From the NCBI GenBank assembly GCA_947462995.1, contig CANHUG010000002.1:1-38280 (forward strand): a stretch of 38,280 nt of DNA, read 5' to 3'. This stretch comes from Verrucomicrobiales bacterium. Its GTDB lineage: Bacteria > Verrucomicrobiota > Verrucomicrobiia > Verrucomicrobiales > V1-33. Every line of letters starts with the position of its first letter. Within the stretch, counting starts at the first letter, position 1. This document shows positions 15,801 to 27,800 of this stretch, piece after piece. A program made the translations under genes and the position numbers. The notes under the pieces are model-generated. The model searched no databases. It was not told where the DNA came from and saw only the letters and a list, made by a program, of their open reading frames with translations.

Positions 15801-18800
15801 TGGTGGTGGCGAATTACAGCAACAGCCGTGTGATTGTGCTGGGGGGCAATGGGGACGGAACGTTCGCGGGGCCTCTTGTTTATTCGATCGGAGGCAATCC
15901 GATTGCGGCGGCGCTTGGGGACTACAACAAGGATGGGCGTGTGGACATTGCGACGGTGAACCACACCAATGCGACGGTGACGGTTCTGCTGGGCAGCAAT
16001 GTGCAGCCGCTGGTTGAAGATCCGGTGGGGTCGGGACTTACGTCTGGAGCTGGTCGAGGGCGGTTGGTGCTTGCGGACGGGACGTGGGACGAGGACTACT
16101 GGAGTTTTTCCGGAACGGCGGGGCACGTGCTGACGTTTGCGAGCGAGACGCCGGGGAATCCAGGCAGCAGCGGATTGAGATATGATCTTTACCGGCCGGA
16201 TGGGGCATTCCTGACGCGATTTTATGCGGATGGCAACGGACGGGGGCAGTCATCGCCGGTGACCCTACCGGTCAGTGGGCAGTATACGATCGGGGTGTTT
16301 GTGAACCATGGCTACGAAGGCGAGTACCGGATCCGGGTCAGTGCGGCCCGTGCGCCTTGGCAGTGGGAAGACGAGGGGAACGACAGTATTGGGGGAGCGG
16401 ATTCGCTGGTGATCAGTGCGGGGGCAGCGGGGCATCAGATTGCGAGTGTGGGCGGGTACATTGCGAACAACGACACGGCCGGTGATTATTTCCGACTCGG
16501 GACTCAGGGGGTGGGGACGACGATTGCGCTGACGCTGACGAAACCGTCGACGAGTCCACTGGTGCCGACACTGCAATTGTTCAATGCGGCGGGTACGGCG
16601 GTGGCGAGTGGGACGACGAGTCTGAGCCACACGATTGGTGCGGGTGGTGACGGCGTGTATTTTGCGAGGGTATCGGCGACGCCGGCGAGCAGCGGGCTGA
16701 TGTCGGTGTATCTGCTGGAGATGGATGCTGCAGACATCATTGCGCCGCTGGTGACCGCGTGCACGCTGCCTGCCGAGGGGACGACGAGCACGGCGCTGAC
16801 GGACAAGTTTTCGCTGAGTTTTTCGGAGGATCTGGTGGCGGGTCCGGTGAACAGCATGGCGAATTATGAATTGCGTTATGCCGGGGTGGATGGGGTTTTC
16901 GGCAATGCCGATGACTTTCTACACACGCTGATTGGGGATGGCTACAGTGGCGGGCTGACTGCGGCTTTTCGGATCACGTCTGGGCCGCTGCAGCCTGGAA
17001 GTTATCGTTTCACAGTGGCGACGGAATTGAAGGACCGGGCAGAGAACAGACTTGAGGCGCCTTTTGTCCGCTCGTTCACGGTAGCCAATATTCCGGGCTA
17101 TGTTTTCGAAGGACTGAGCAACGGCAGTCCGGCGGGTGCGACCGGCCTGAGTCTCTCGCCTGGAAGCGAGGCGGACGGTTCGTTTTCGGTGCGCTCCAGT
17201 GGCGCGATCGGGGCGCAAGCCTATCAGGTTGTGAGCGGGCTATTCAATGCCGACGCCTTCCTGGACCTCGTCATCACGAATTACGGCAGCGGGCATGTGA
17301 GCGTGCTGCTGGGGAACGGCAACGGGACCTTTGCCGCGGCGGTGAACTACCCGACGGGTGCGAATCCGTTCGGGGTGGCGGTGGGCGATCTGAATGGCGA
17401 TGGCAATGTGGATCTGGTGACTGCGAATGGAGGAAACGCCAATCTGAGTGTCCGGCTTGGGAATGGAGATGGGACATTCGGCACCAATGCGGTGTTTCCG
17501 GTCGGGAGTTCTCCGCGTCGGGTGGTGCTGGGGGATTTCAACGGAGACAGCCGGCTTGATGCGGCGGTTGCGAACGAGGGCAGCGCGAATGCGAGTATTC
17601 TAGCGGGCAATGGAGACGGGACGTTTGCGGCGCAGACGACGGTGGCGGTGGGTGGATCGCCGGTCGGGATAGCAAGCGGCGATGTCAATGGTGACGGGCG
17701 ACTGGATCTGGTTGTGGCGAATTACGGCAGTGACACGATCAGTGTGCTGGCTGGCAACGGGGCGGGAGGGTTTGCGCCGCAGGCGGTGTTTCCGTGTCAT
17801 CCGTCGTGCGATCCGTATGCGGTGGTGCTGCGGGACTTTGACGGCGACGGGCGGTTGGATGCGGCGACGTCGAACCTGAGTGCAGCGACGGTGAGTCTTC
17901 TGCGAGGCAATGGTGATGGGACATTTGGAGCGCCGGCGGCGGTATCGACCGGGTTTTCCGGGAACTACCATCTGCAGGCAGGTGATCTGGACGGTGACGC
18001 GATCGTCGATCTGGCGGTCGCCAACTACAGCAACAGCCGGTTGATTGTGGTGCGGGGCCGGGGCGACGGGAGTTTCGATGCGCCGGCGGCCTATCAGCTG
18101 GGAGGCAATCCGATTGCGGCGGAGATCGGGGATTTCAACCAGGATGGACGCCCTGACATTGCGACGGCGAATCATGGAAACGGGACGTATGCGATTCTGA
18201 TTGGGAACGGAGTGCAGCCGCTGGCTGAGGATCCTGTGGGAAGCGGGTTCCGTTTCGGGACGGCGCGCGGGAATCTTTCGCTGACGGCGGGGGTCTGGGA
18301 CGAGGATTACTGGGGTTTCAGCGGGAACGCTGGTGATGTGGTGACCTTTGCGAGCGAGACTCCAGGCAACCTTGGAAGCAGCGGGTTGCGTTATGATCTC
18401 TACCGTCCGGACGGGACGTTCCTGACGAGGTTCTATGCGGACGGCAACGGTCGAGGGCAGTCGTCGCCGGTGACACTGCCTCTGAGCGGGCGTTACACGA
18501 TTGGTGTTTTTGTGAATCATGGGTATGAAGGCGAGTATCGGTTCCGGGTGACTACTGCGCCGCCGCCGTGGCAGTGGGAGACCGAGGGGAACGATTCGAC
18601 CGGGGCTGCGAACGGGCTTGCGATGACGGCGGGTGCATCTGGAACGCAGGAGGCGAAAGTTGGCGGGTATATTGCGAACAATGACACGGCAGGGGATTTC
18701 TTCCGCCTTGGCACTCAGGGGGCGGGCACGACGATTGCGCTGGCCCTGACGAAGCCTGACTCGAGTCCGCTGGTGCCGACGGTACAGATTGTGAATGCTG

Positions 18801-21800
18801 CCGGGGCGGCGGTGGCGACGGGTGCGACGGGTGCCGAGTATGAGATTCCGGCCGGGGCGGACGGGGTGTATTACGCGAGGGTAACCGGTGCGGCGGGCAG
18901 CATCGGGCTGATGTCGGTGTATCGATTGGAGATTCTGGCGGAAGACAGTGTTGCGCCGCAGATCACGGCGTGCACGCTTCCTGCGGAGGGGACTGTGAGC
19001 ACGGGGATTCTGGATCGGTTCTCGCTAACGTTCTCTGAGGATCTCGTGGCGGCGCCGGTGAACACGCTGGCGAACTTCGAGCTTCGTCATGCGGGTGTGG
19101 ACAATGAGTTCGGAAACGCCGACGATGTGGTTTACGCGCTGAGCAGCGACGGCTACAGCGGAGGGCTAGGGGTGTCGTACCGGGTGACGAACGGGCCGCT
19201 TCAGCCGGGATTGTTCCGCTATACGGTGGCTGCGGTGCTGGTTGACCGAGCAGGGAATCCGCTGGCTGCGCCGTTTGTCCGGAATTTCAGCGTGGCGAAC
19301 ATTCCCGGGTTTGTTTTTGAGAACCTGAGCAATGGCAGTCCGGCGCTGGCGACGTCACTGAGCCTTGCGCTTGGTGCTGCGTTTGACGGGTCTTTTTCGA
19401 CGACAGCGCAGGTTGGGGTTGGTGCCAATCCTTACAATCTTGCTTCCGGGGATCTGAATGCGGATGGCCGACTTGATGTTGTCACTGCCAACTATGGCGG
19501 CGGGAACATCACTGTGCTGCTGGGGAACGGGAATGGGACCTTTGCGCCGGCGGTGAATTACGCTGCGGGATCCAATCCGTTCGGGGTGGCGCTGGGCGAC
19601 CTGAATGGGGATGGACGACTTGATGTGGTGGTGGCGAACAGCAGCAGTCACAACTTGATGGTACGGCTCGGGAATGCGGACGGCACCTTTGGCGCTTCCA
19701 CGGCATTTGCGGTGGGTACGACGCCACGGCGCGTGGTGCTGGCGGATTTCAATGGTGATGCGCGGCTTGATGCCGCGGTGGCGAACGAATCGAGCGACAA
19801 CATCAGCGTCCTTCTTGGCAACGGGAACGGGACGTTTGCGACGCAGACACCGTTTGCGTCTGGCGATGCGCCTGTTGGCATAGACGCCAGTGATTTGAAC
19901 GGGGACGGGCGGCCTGACATTGTGGCGGCGAGTTACGGGAGCGACAACCTGAGTGTGTATCTGAACAATGGTTCGGGTGGTTTTTCGGCGCAGACGGTCT
20001 TTGCGAGCACGGTGAACTCCGATCCATATTCGGTGGTGGTGCGGGACTTCAATGGGGATGGCCGTCCTGACGCGGTCACATCGAATCTGAGCACTGCGAA
20101 TGTGTCCTACCTGCCGGGGACGGGCCCGGGAACGTTCGGGGCTGCGGTAACGGTGGGCACTGGATTCAGCGGGAACTATCATGTCGGGGCCGTGGATTTC
20201 GATGGCGATGCCCGGTTGGATCTAGCGGTATCGAACTACAACAACAGCCGGTTCATCGTGCTTTCCGGGAATGGGAACGGGACATTCGGGAGTCCTTCTG
20301 TGTATTCAATTCCGGGGAATCCGATTGCGTCGGCGGCGGGGGATTACAACGGGGACGGGCGGATGGATCTGGCGACGTGCCAGTATGGGAATTCGACGGT
20401 GGGGGTGTTTCTGGGCAATGGAGTGCTGCCGCTGGCGGAGGATCCGGTGGGTTCAGGAATGGCATCGGGGACTGGTCGGGGGAATCTGCCATTGATTGCG
20501 GGCACTTGGGATGAGGATTACTGGAGCTTCAGCGGGACGGCGGGTGACATCATCACGTTCGCCAGTGAGACGCCGGGGAGTCCTGGGAGCAGTGGATTGC
20601 GGTATGACCTTTACCGTCCGGACGGTGCTTTCCTGACGAGGTTCTATGCGGACAGCAATGGCCGCGGCCAGTCTGATCCTGTTCGACTGCCGGTGAGTGG
20701 CCGTTATTCCATCGGGGTGTTTGTGAACCATGGGTATGAGGGTGAATATCGTTTCCGGGTGACGACGGCTAAGCCTCCGGTGCAGTGGGAAACGGAGGCG
20801 AACAATTCGATCGCTAGTGCGAACGTCCTTGTGCTGGCGGCGGGGGAACCCGGGCATCAGGTGGCGGCGGTTGGCGGACATATTGCGATCAACGATACCG
20901 GGGGTGATTATTTCCGGCTAGGTGTCCAGGGCGCGGGGACGGTGCTGACGCTGCAACTGACGCAACCGGCTTCGAGTCCGCTGGTGCCGACGCTGCAGGT
21001 TTACAATTCTGCGGGAGTTCTTGTAGCGAGCGGGGCGAGTGAGCTGACGCATACGGTGGCGGCTGGGGCGGATGATGCATATTTTGCGCGAGTCACTGGA
21101 GCGGCGGGGAGTCTTGGGCTGATGTCTGTTTACCAGCTGGACATTGATGCGGCGGACATTATTGCGCCGCAGATTCTAGGTTCGACGCTGCCGGCCGAAG
21201 GGACGAGTGGTGCGGGACTGGTTGATCGGTTCACCTTGAGTTTTTCCGAAGAGCTGGTGGCGGCACCGGTGGTCAACACTGGCAACTTCGAGTTGCGGCA
21301 TGCCGGCGTTGACGGTGCGTTCGACAATGCGGACGACGTGGTGTACGCGATTTCGAGTGATGGATACAGCGGCGGGTTGAGTGCATCGTACCGTGTGACT
21401 TCGGCGCCGCTGCAGCCGGGTTCCTATCGATTCAAGGTGTCGACGGCCCTTGTTGATCGTGCGGGCAATCCACTGGCGAGCGAGTATGTGCAGCGTTTTG
21501 CGATCGCGACGACGGTTGGGTATGTGATGGAGAACCGGGACAACAACACGCGTGCCACGGCGACGGGATTGGTGTTGGAAGAGGATCCGGCGGGGCATCG
21601 GTCGGCGGGGGCGCGCGGGTTTCTGCCCAACCTTCCGGTGACTGGCTGGGATGTCGATCATTGGAAGTTCGATGCGGTTGCCGGGGATCTGCTGACGATT
21701 GTGGCTGGCAATGTCGGCAATCCGGGGAGTTCGGGGCGGCGGTTTGATGTGTATAAACCGGACGGGTCCCTGCTGCAGGGATTCTATACCGAAACGAACG

Positions 21801-24800
21801 GGCTTGGGCAGATGGTGCCGACGGCGGTGCCGGTGAGCGGGACGTATACGGTGGCGATTTCGATCTGGTACGGGCATGAAGGGGAGTACCGGTTCCGCGT
21901 GAGTACGGTGACGCCTCCGTTGCAGCTTGAGAGTGAGCCGAACGGGACGGTTGGGGCTGCGAGTGCGATGAGTCTGGCGACGAGTGGAGATTCCCGGTTT
22001 GGGAGTGTGGCGGGGACGATCCAGTCTGCGGGTGAGTTGGATTACTTCAATCTGGGGTCGATTGCGGCTGGGCAGACGATTTATCTGACGGCGCGGCGTC
22101 CGGGATTGAGCCCGGTGACACCGGTTGTCAGCATTTACACGGCGGCGAATGCGTATGTGCCGGAGTCGGGCGGTGGGCGACCATTTGATGGAGTTGCCGA
22201 GGTGCGGATCACGACTGCGGGGACGTATTTTGCGGCGATTCGGAACGGGAACCCTTCCAGCACGTCGTTGGATCAGTATGTGCTGGACGTTCAGGTGGTG
22301 CCGACTGGGTCGCTGGATTTCCCGAACCTGATTGTGTCTGAGATTGTGCCGCCGTCGGGTGGCGGGATTCTGAGTGGTCAGACGATTCCGCTGGCGTTCA
22401 CGGTGCGGAATGGTGGGGCCTTGGCGACGCCGGTGCCGTCGTGGTTTGACCGTGTGGCGCTGTCGAAGAACAACGTGCTGGGAGACGGGGACGACATTCC
22501 GGTTGGGACGATTGCGCGGATTGGTTCTCTGGACCCCGGAGGGGCGTACACGGTGAACCGGACGTTCCAGCTTCCGGATGGAGTGAGCGGAGATTATTAT
22601 GTGATTACGGAGACGGACTCTGGCAATGCGGTGAACGAGTTTGTGCTGGAGGCGGACAACATAGCGGTGTCGGAGACGACATTCCGGGTGACGCTGGCTC
22701 CCTATCCGGATTTGAGGATTGAGGGTATGGCGGCGTCTGGGCCGAATGCGGCGGGATTGATCGGGTTGTCGTGGAATTCGGCGAATCGAGGCAACCGGGC
22801 GGCGGCTGCGTGGAAGCAGCGGCTGACGGTGACCCGCGCCGGGGTGGCTGGGGTGGTGTCAGAAGTGGAGAGTGACGTGACTGGACCGCTGAATGTGGGG
22901 GACGTGCTGGGGCACAGTGATTCGTTCACGCCTGCGGTGGCGGGGCGTTACACGTTCTCGCTGCTAGCGGATTCCAGGAATGAGGTGTTTGAGCATGACG
23001 GGACGAGCAATGCGAGTGCCGAGAGCAACAACACGGCTACGGTGTCGGTGGATGCGACCCGAGATCTTTCGGTGCCATTAATCGAGGTGACGCCTGATGC
23101 TGGATTGCAGTCGGGCAATCGATTGACGATCCGGTGGACGGACCGGAACAACGGGAATCTGCCGCTGGGGACGCCGTTTTACGATCGGGTGACGGTACGG
23201 AATCTGACGACTGGTGAGAACCTGCTGGTGGAGGATCGGTATTATGATCCGGCTGCGGCTGGGAACGGGGTGATTGGCGCTGGTGAGAACCGGGTGCGTC
23301 AGACGGCGGTGAATCTGCCGGATGGACTGCGCGGGGTGGGCGTGATGCAGGTTGAGGTGATTGCGGATTTCCACGGGCAGGTTGCGGAGTATCTGGCTAG
23401 TGGAGGGGCGGAAGGGAACAACGGGGCGCAATTGAGCATTACTTCTGTGATTGCGCCGTATCCTGACCTGCAGGTGACGGGGTTGGCGCTGGCACCGGCG
23501 ACGGTTTCGCCTGGGACGGTGGTCACGGTTTCGTGGATTGACCGGAATGAGGGGAATGCGCCGGTGCGGGGCAGTTGGTATGACCGGGTGGTGGCGGTGA
23601 ATACGACGACGGGGAGCACGATCTCGGATCAGGTGCTCTACTACGATGTGGCGGCACCGGGTAACGGGGAACTGGCGGCGGCGTCCGGCAGATCGCGATC
23701 TGCGCAATTCACGGTGCCTAACGGGGCAGCGGGGCTTGGTCAGATCCGGGTGACGGTGACGGCTGACACTTATAACGGGGTGTTTGAGTTCAATGCGGGC
23801 GGTACTGGGGAGGCGAACAACGGAGCGGAGCGGACGGTGGCGAGCGCCAACGTGGATTTCACGGGGCCGGTGGTGAGCAATACGCAGTATAACGGAGCAG
23901 GTATCGCCGACGGCAGTGTGCTGACCGGTTCAGGCCGCATCAGTGCTGCGGTGGCTGATCCGGCTGGAATCGGTCGGGTCGAGTTCCATCTGCGCCCGCA
24001 GGGTGGGGCTGATGTGCTGCTGGGCACGGACAGCAATGGGAGTGACGGGTATTCGGCGGTATGGAACGCGGAAGCGGCCGCCAATGGGAACTATGTGTTT
24101 ACGATCCGGGCGTTCGATACATTCAGCAACGAGACGGTACTAAGTCGGACGGTTTCGCTGGCTCTTGCAGCTCCGCCGGCGCCGGTGATCACGGTGCCGG
24201 TCAACGGATTTGAGACGAACCAGAGTCTGCTGACGGTGCGGGGGACGGCGGTGCCGTCCACGCAGGTGGTGGTGCGGCTCAACGGGGTGGATGCGGGGTC
24301 GGGGGTAACGGTTGGGGCGGACGGTGCGTGGCAGATTCCGGTGACGCTCGTGAATGGAGCGAACCAGATCGCGGCGCGGGCGAGCAATGCGGCAGGTGCG
24401 GGTCCGGTGTCCAACACGGTGACGGCGACACTGGATCTGACGGTTCCTAGCCCTCCTGGATCGGTGGCTGCGGTGTCCCGGGAAGACGGGCGCATCCGGG
24501 TGACGTGGACTGCTTCGGGCGGTCCGGGGATTTCCGGGTATCACGTTTACCGTTCGGCGGCACCGTTCAGTGATCCGGCTGGTCCGGGCGTGGTGCGGCT
24601 GACTTCCGCGCTGTTGGCGGCGCAGCAGTATGACGATACGCCAGCGACGGACGGCACGTGGTACTACCGGCTGACGGCGACGAGTGTTGCGGGCAATGTG
24701 AGTGTCCTGTCGGAGTCGGTGTCAGCGGTGAGTGACCGTTTGGCACCGGCGCTTGGAGCGGTTGTCTTTACGCCTAGGAATGCGGCGCACCTGATTGGCG

Positions 24801-27800
24801 GGCGATTCGGCACGGGGATTGTGGATGTTGATGTGCGTGTGAGCGAACCACTCAATGGCTTGCCGTTCTTCAGTCTGGTTCCTGCGAGTGGAGGATTCCC
24901 AGTGCCGGTGACGCTGCGTGAGGGTGCGGATCCGCTGCAGTATGGCGGGAGCTTCACGATCACTGAGGACACTGCGGCGGGCAGCTATCAGGTTTCGTAT
25001 TCGATGCGGGATGCGAACAGCAACCGTGGTGCGGGAACCTCCCCGACGGCTGGGTTGGTGATCGATACGAAGGGGCCGGCGGTGGACGGATTGACGCTGA
25101 GTGCGACGGCACCGATTTTGAATGACCCGGCGAGTCCGGCGAGCATTGAGGTGACGCTGCATCTGGATGAGGTGTCGGCCGGGGTGCCGGAACTGCAGTG
25201 GAGTCTGACGAGACTGCCGGCCAATCTGACGGGGACGCTGGTGGATCTGGTTCCGGGGGTTGATGCGCGGTCGTGGAGTGGATTGATCACGCTGCCGGCG
25301 GGGGCGGGTGCGCCGGAGCCGGAGGATCTCCGGTTTTCGTTCCGTGGGTCTGACGACCTTGGGAATGAGGGGCGCGAGATCAAGGTGACCTCATCGTTCG
25401 AGGTGTATCAAGGGACGCTGCCGGCGCTGGATGCGCCATCCGGTTTCTCGGCGGTGGCGCGTGCTGGCGGTGTCGTGGACCTTGGGTGGAGCCGACGTAA
25501 TGGTGCGTCGGGTTATCAGATTTATCGGTCTGCGGTCAATGGTGGGCCGGAGGCGCTGGTGTCACTTACGGTGATCAGCGACCCGGCGGTCCTGTCATTC
25601 AGTGACGTTCCTCGGGAGGATGGGGAATATCATTATGCGATCGCGGCGCTGCGGACGGCGAACGGGGTGACAGTGGCTGGGACGGCGTCTGCGCCGCCGG
25701 TGCATGCGACGGCGGACGAAGTTCCGCCTGCTGCGCCGCACGACATGGGGCTGACGCTCGCGAGCAACGGAATCCTATCGCAATGGCTGGCGGGCAGTCC
25801 GGCTGAGGTGGGGGTTCGCTATCGTGTGTATCGGGCTGGTGCGCCGATTGATTCGTCGGCGGGGCTGACGCCACTGACGACGACGCTGACTGCGACGCGT
25901 TATCTTGATCCGAGTCCGGTTCCGGCGCTGCGGTATTACGCAGTTGCTGCGGTGGATGCGGCGGGCAACGAGTCGGAGCTATCCAACAGTGCCTATCTGA
26001 ACGCCACCCTGTGGGCGGTGAGTTCGATTACGGTGGAGAAGCCGGAGAGTGGCCCGCTGGCGTTGTCATGGGCGAATGCGTCGCCGGACATCAAAGGGTA
26101 CAAGTTGTTTCTGGGGCCAGCCCTTGGAGGGACGCCGATGTCGCCGACGCTGCTGCCATCGCCGGCATTTACCGATCATGGGTATGTATCGGGCGATCGG
26201 CGGTACAGCATTGTGACCGTTGACAGTGCGGATGCGGAGAGTCCGTCGCGTTCGATTGTGCTTCCGGGGATTGAGTACTCGCTGATGCCGGATCAGACGG
26301 TGCGGCGTGGGTTGGTGAGTCGGCTGCGGGTGAGTGTGCGGAATCTTTCCGAGACTGAGACGCTGGCGAATGCGCTGGCGAAGATCACGCTGGCTGGGCA
26401 GGTGCACCAGTCGGAAGCGTTCAGCCTTGCTCCATTGGAGACTCGGGAGATCGGGGTAGTGGTGGGAGGATATGCGAGTCTGACGGATGCGACGGCCCCG
26501 GTGGCGTTGCGGATTGAATCGCGTCCGGAGGAAGGTGCGCTGCTGCGTTATCTGGGGAGCGGGACGGTGGCGGTTGCTGATGGTGGACTTTCCGCGGAGG
26601 TGATTCCCGGTAGGTTCACGCGCGGAGGGAATGGGAGTTTTCAGTTCAGGGTGCGCAATACGTCGACCGAGACGGTGGAAGTGGTGTCTGCGAAGAGCAG
26701 CGGCGGGGCTGATTCGCCGGATTTGCGTGTGAGGCTGATTGATCCTAACGGGAACGTGCTTTCGGGCAGGCAGTTGCGGATCAATGTCGGGCCGAGTGTG
26801 GTGACGGTGGCGGACGGGACGAGTGTGTTGCGGATGGCGCCGGGCGGGGAGTTTGTGTCTGATGCGATCGAGATTCCGGTGCCTGAGACTGGCGCGGCGC
26901 AGTTGACCGTGCAGATTGAGGTGGACCGCGCCTACTATCGGTACGGAAGGCCGGAGCAAGTGACTTCTCCGGGAACGACGGCGCGGGAGACGGCATCGCT
27001 GACGGACGTGAGTTACGAGGGTGTTATTGTGAGTGCGCTTCCTGCGGTTTCGAATGGAGATCAACCGGTGGTGATCACGGGGAGGGCGGTGGCGAGTCCG
27101 GGTGGGACGGTGCCGGTTCCGAATGTACCGCTGCGCCTGGGGATATCGTCGAGTGGGTTTGAGCGGGTGAATCAGGTGACGACGGATGATGCGGGGAACT
27201 TCAGTTTCCGGTTTCAGCCATTGGCGACGGAATCCGGGCGTTACAGTGTCTGGGTTTCGCATCCGGACCTGTTGCTCAAGACGGCGCAGGCGTCGTTTGT
27301 GATCAGCCGGGTGACGATGGAGCCTGGGTCAGCGTCGATCCGGGTACCGCGGAACTACACACAGCGGATCGTGCCGGTGATTCGGACGGGAGATGGAACG
27401 ACTGCGACGAATTTGAGGCTTGAGCCGGACGGGGCGGTGCCTGCGGGGATTGCGCTATCGCTGGATGCCCGGGCATCGCTTGGGGGCGGAGAGAGCACCT
27501 CTCTGCCATTTACATTCATTGGTGACAGCACTGCTGCGGCGACGGGGAGCTTCCGGCTGCGGCTGGTCAGTGACGAGAACGCGGCTGGATGGGCCTCGCT
27601 GGTTGTTGAGTATGGACTGACGGCGGCGACGGCAGCGGCCACGTTCACGCCGAATGTGATCGATACCGGGGTGAATCCGGGAGGAGCGGAGTCGGAGACC
27701 TTCCGGATCCACAGTGTCGGGTTGGTGCCACTTCGGAATGTGCAGTTGGCCCTTGTGAGGATTGATGGCGGGGCGGAGCTGCCACCGCCGGCGTGGGCGA

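Noticed and set aside
14519-21154. Whether the near-identical repeated modules are a diversity-generating retroelement template/variable repeat pair
   Set aside because: The window has no reverse transcriptase. The units are 2.2 kb, not ~100-150 bp, and the differences between units include all substitution types rather than adenine-specific changes.
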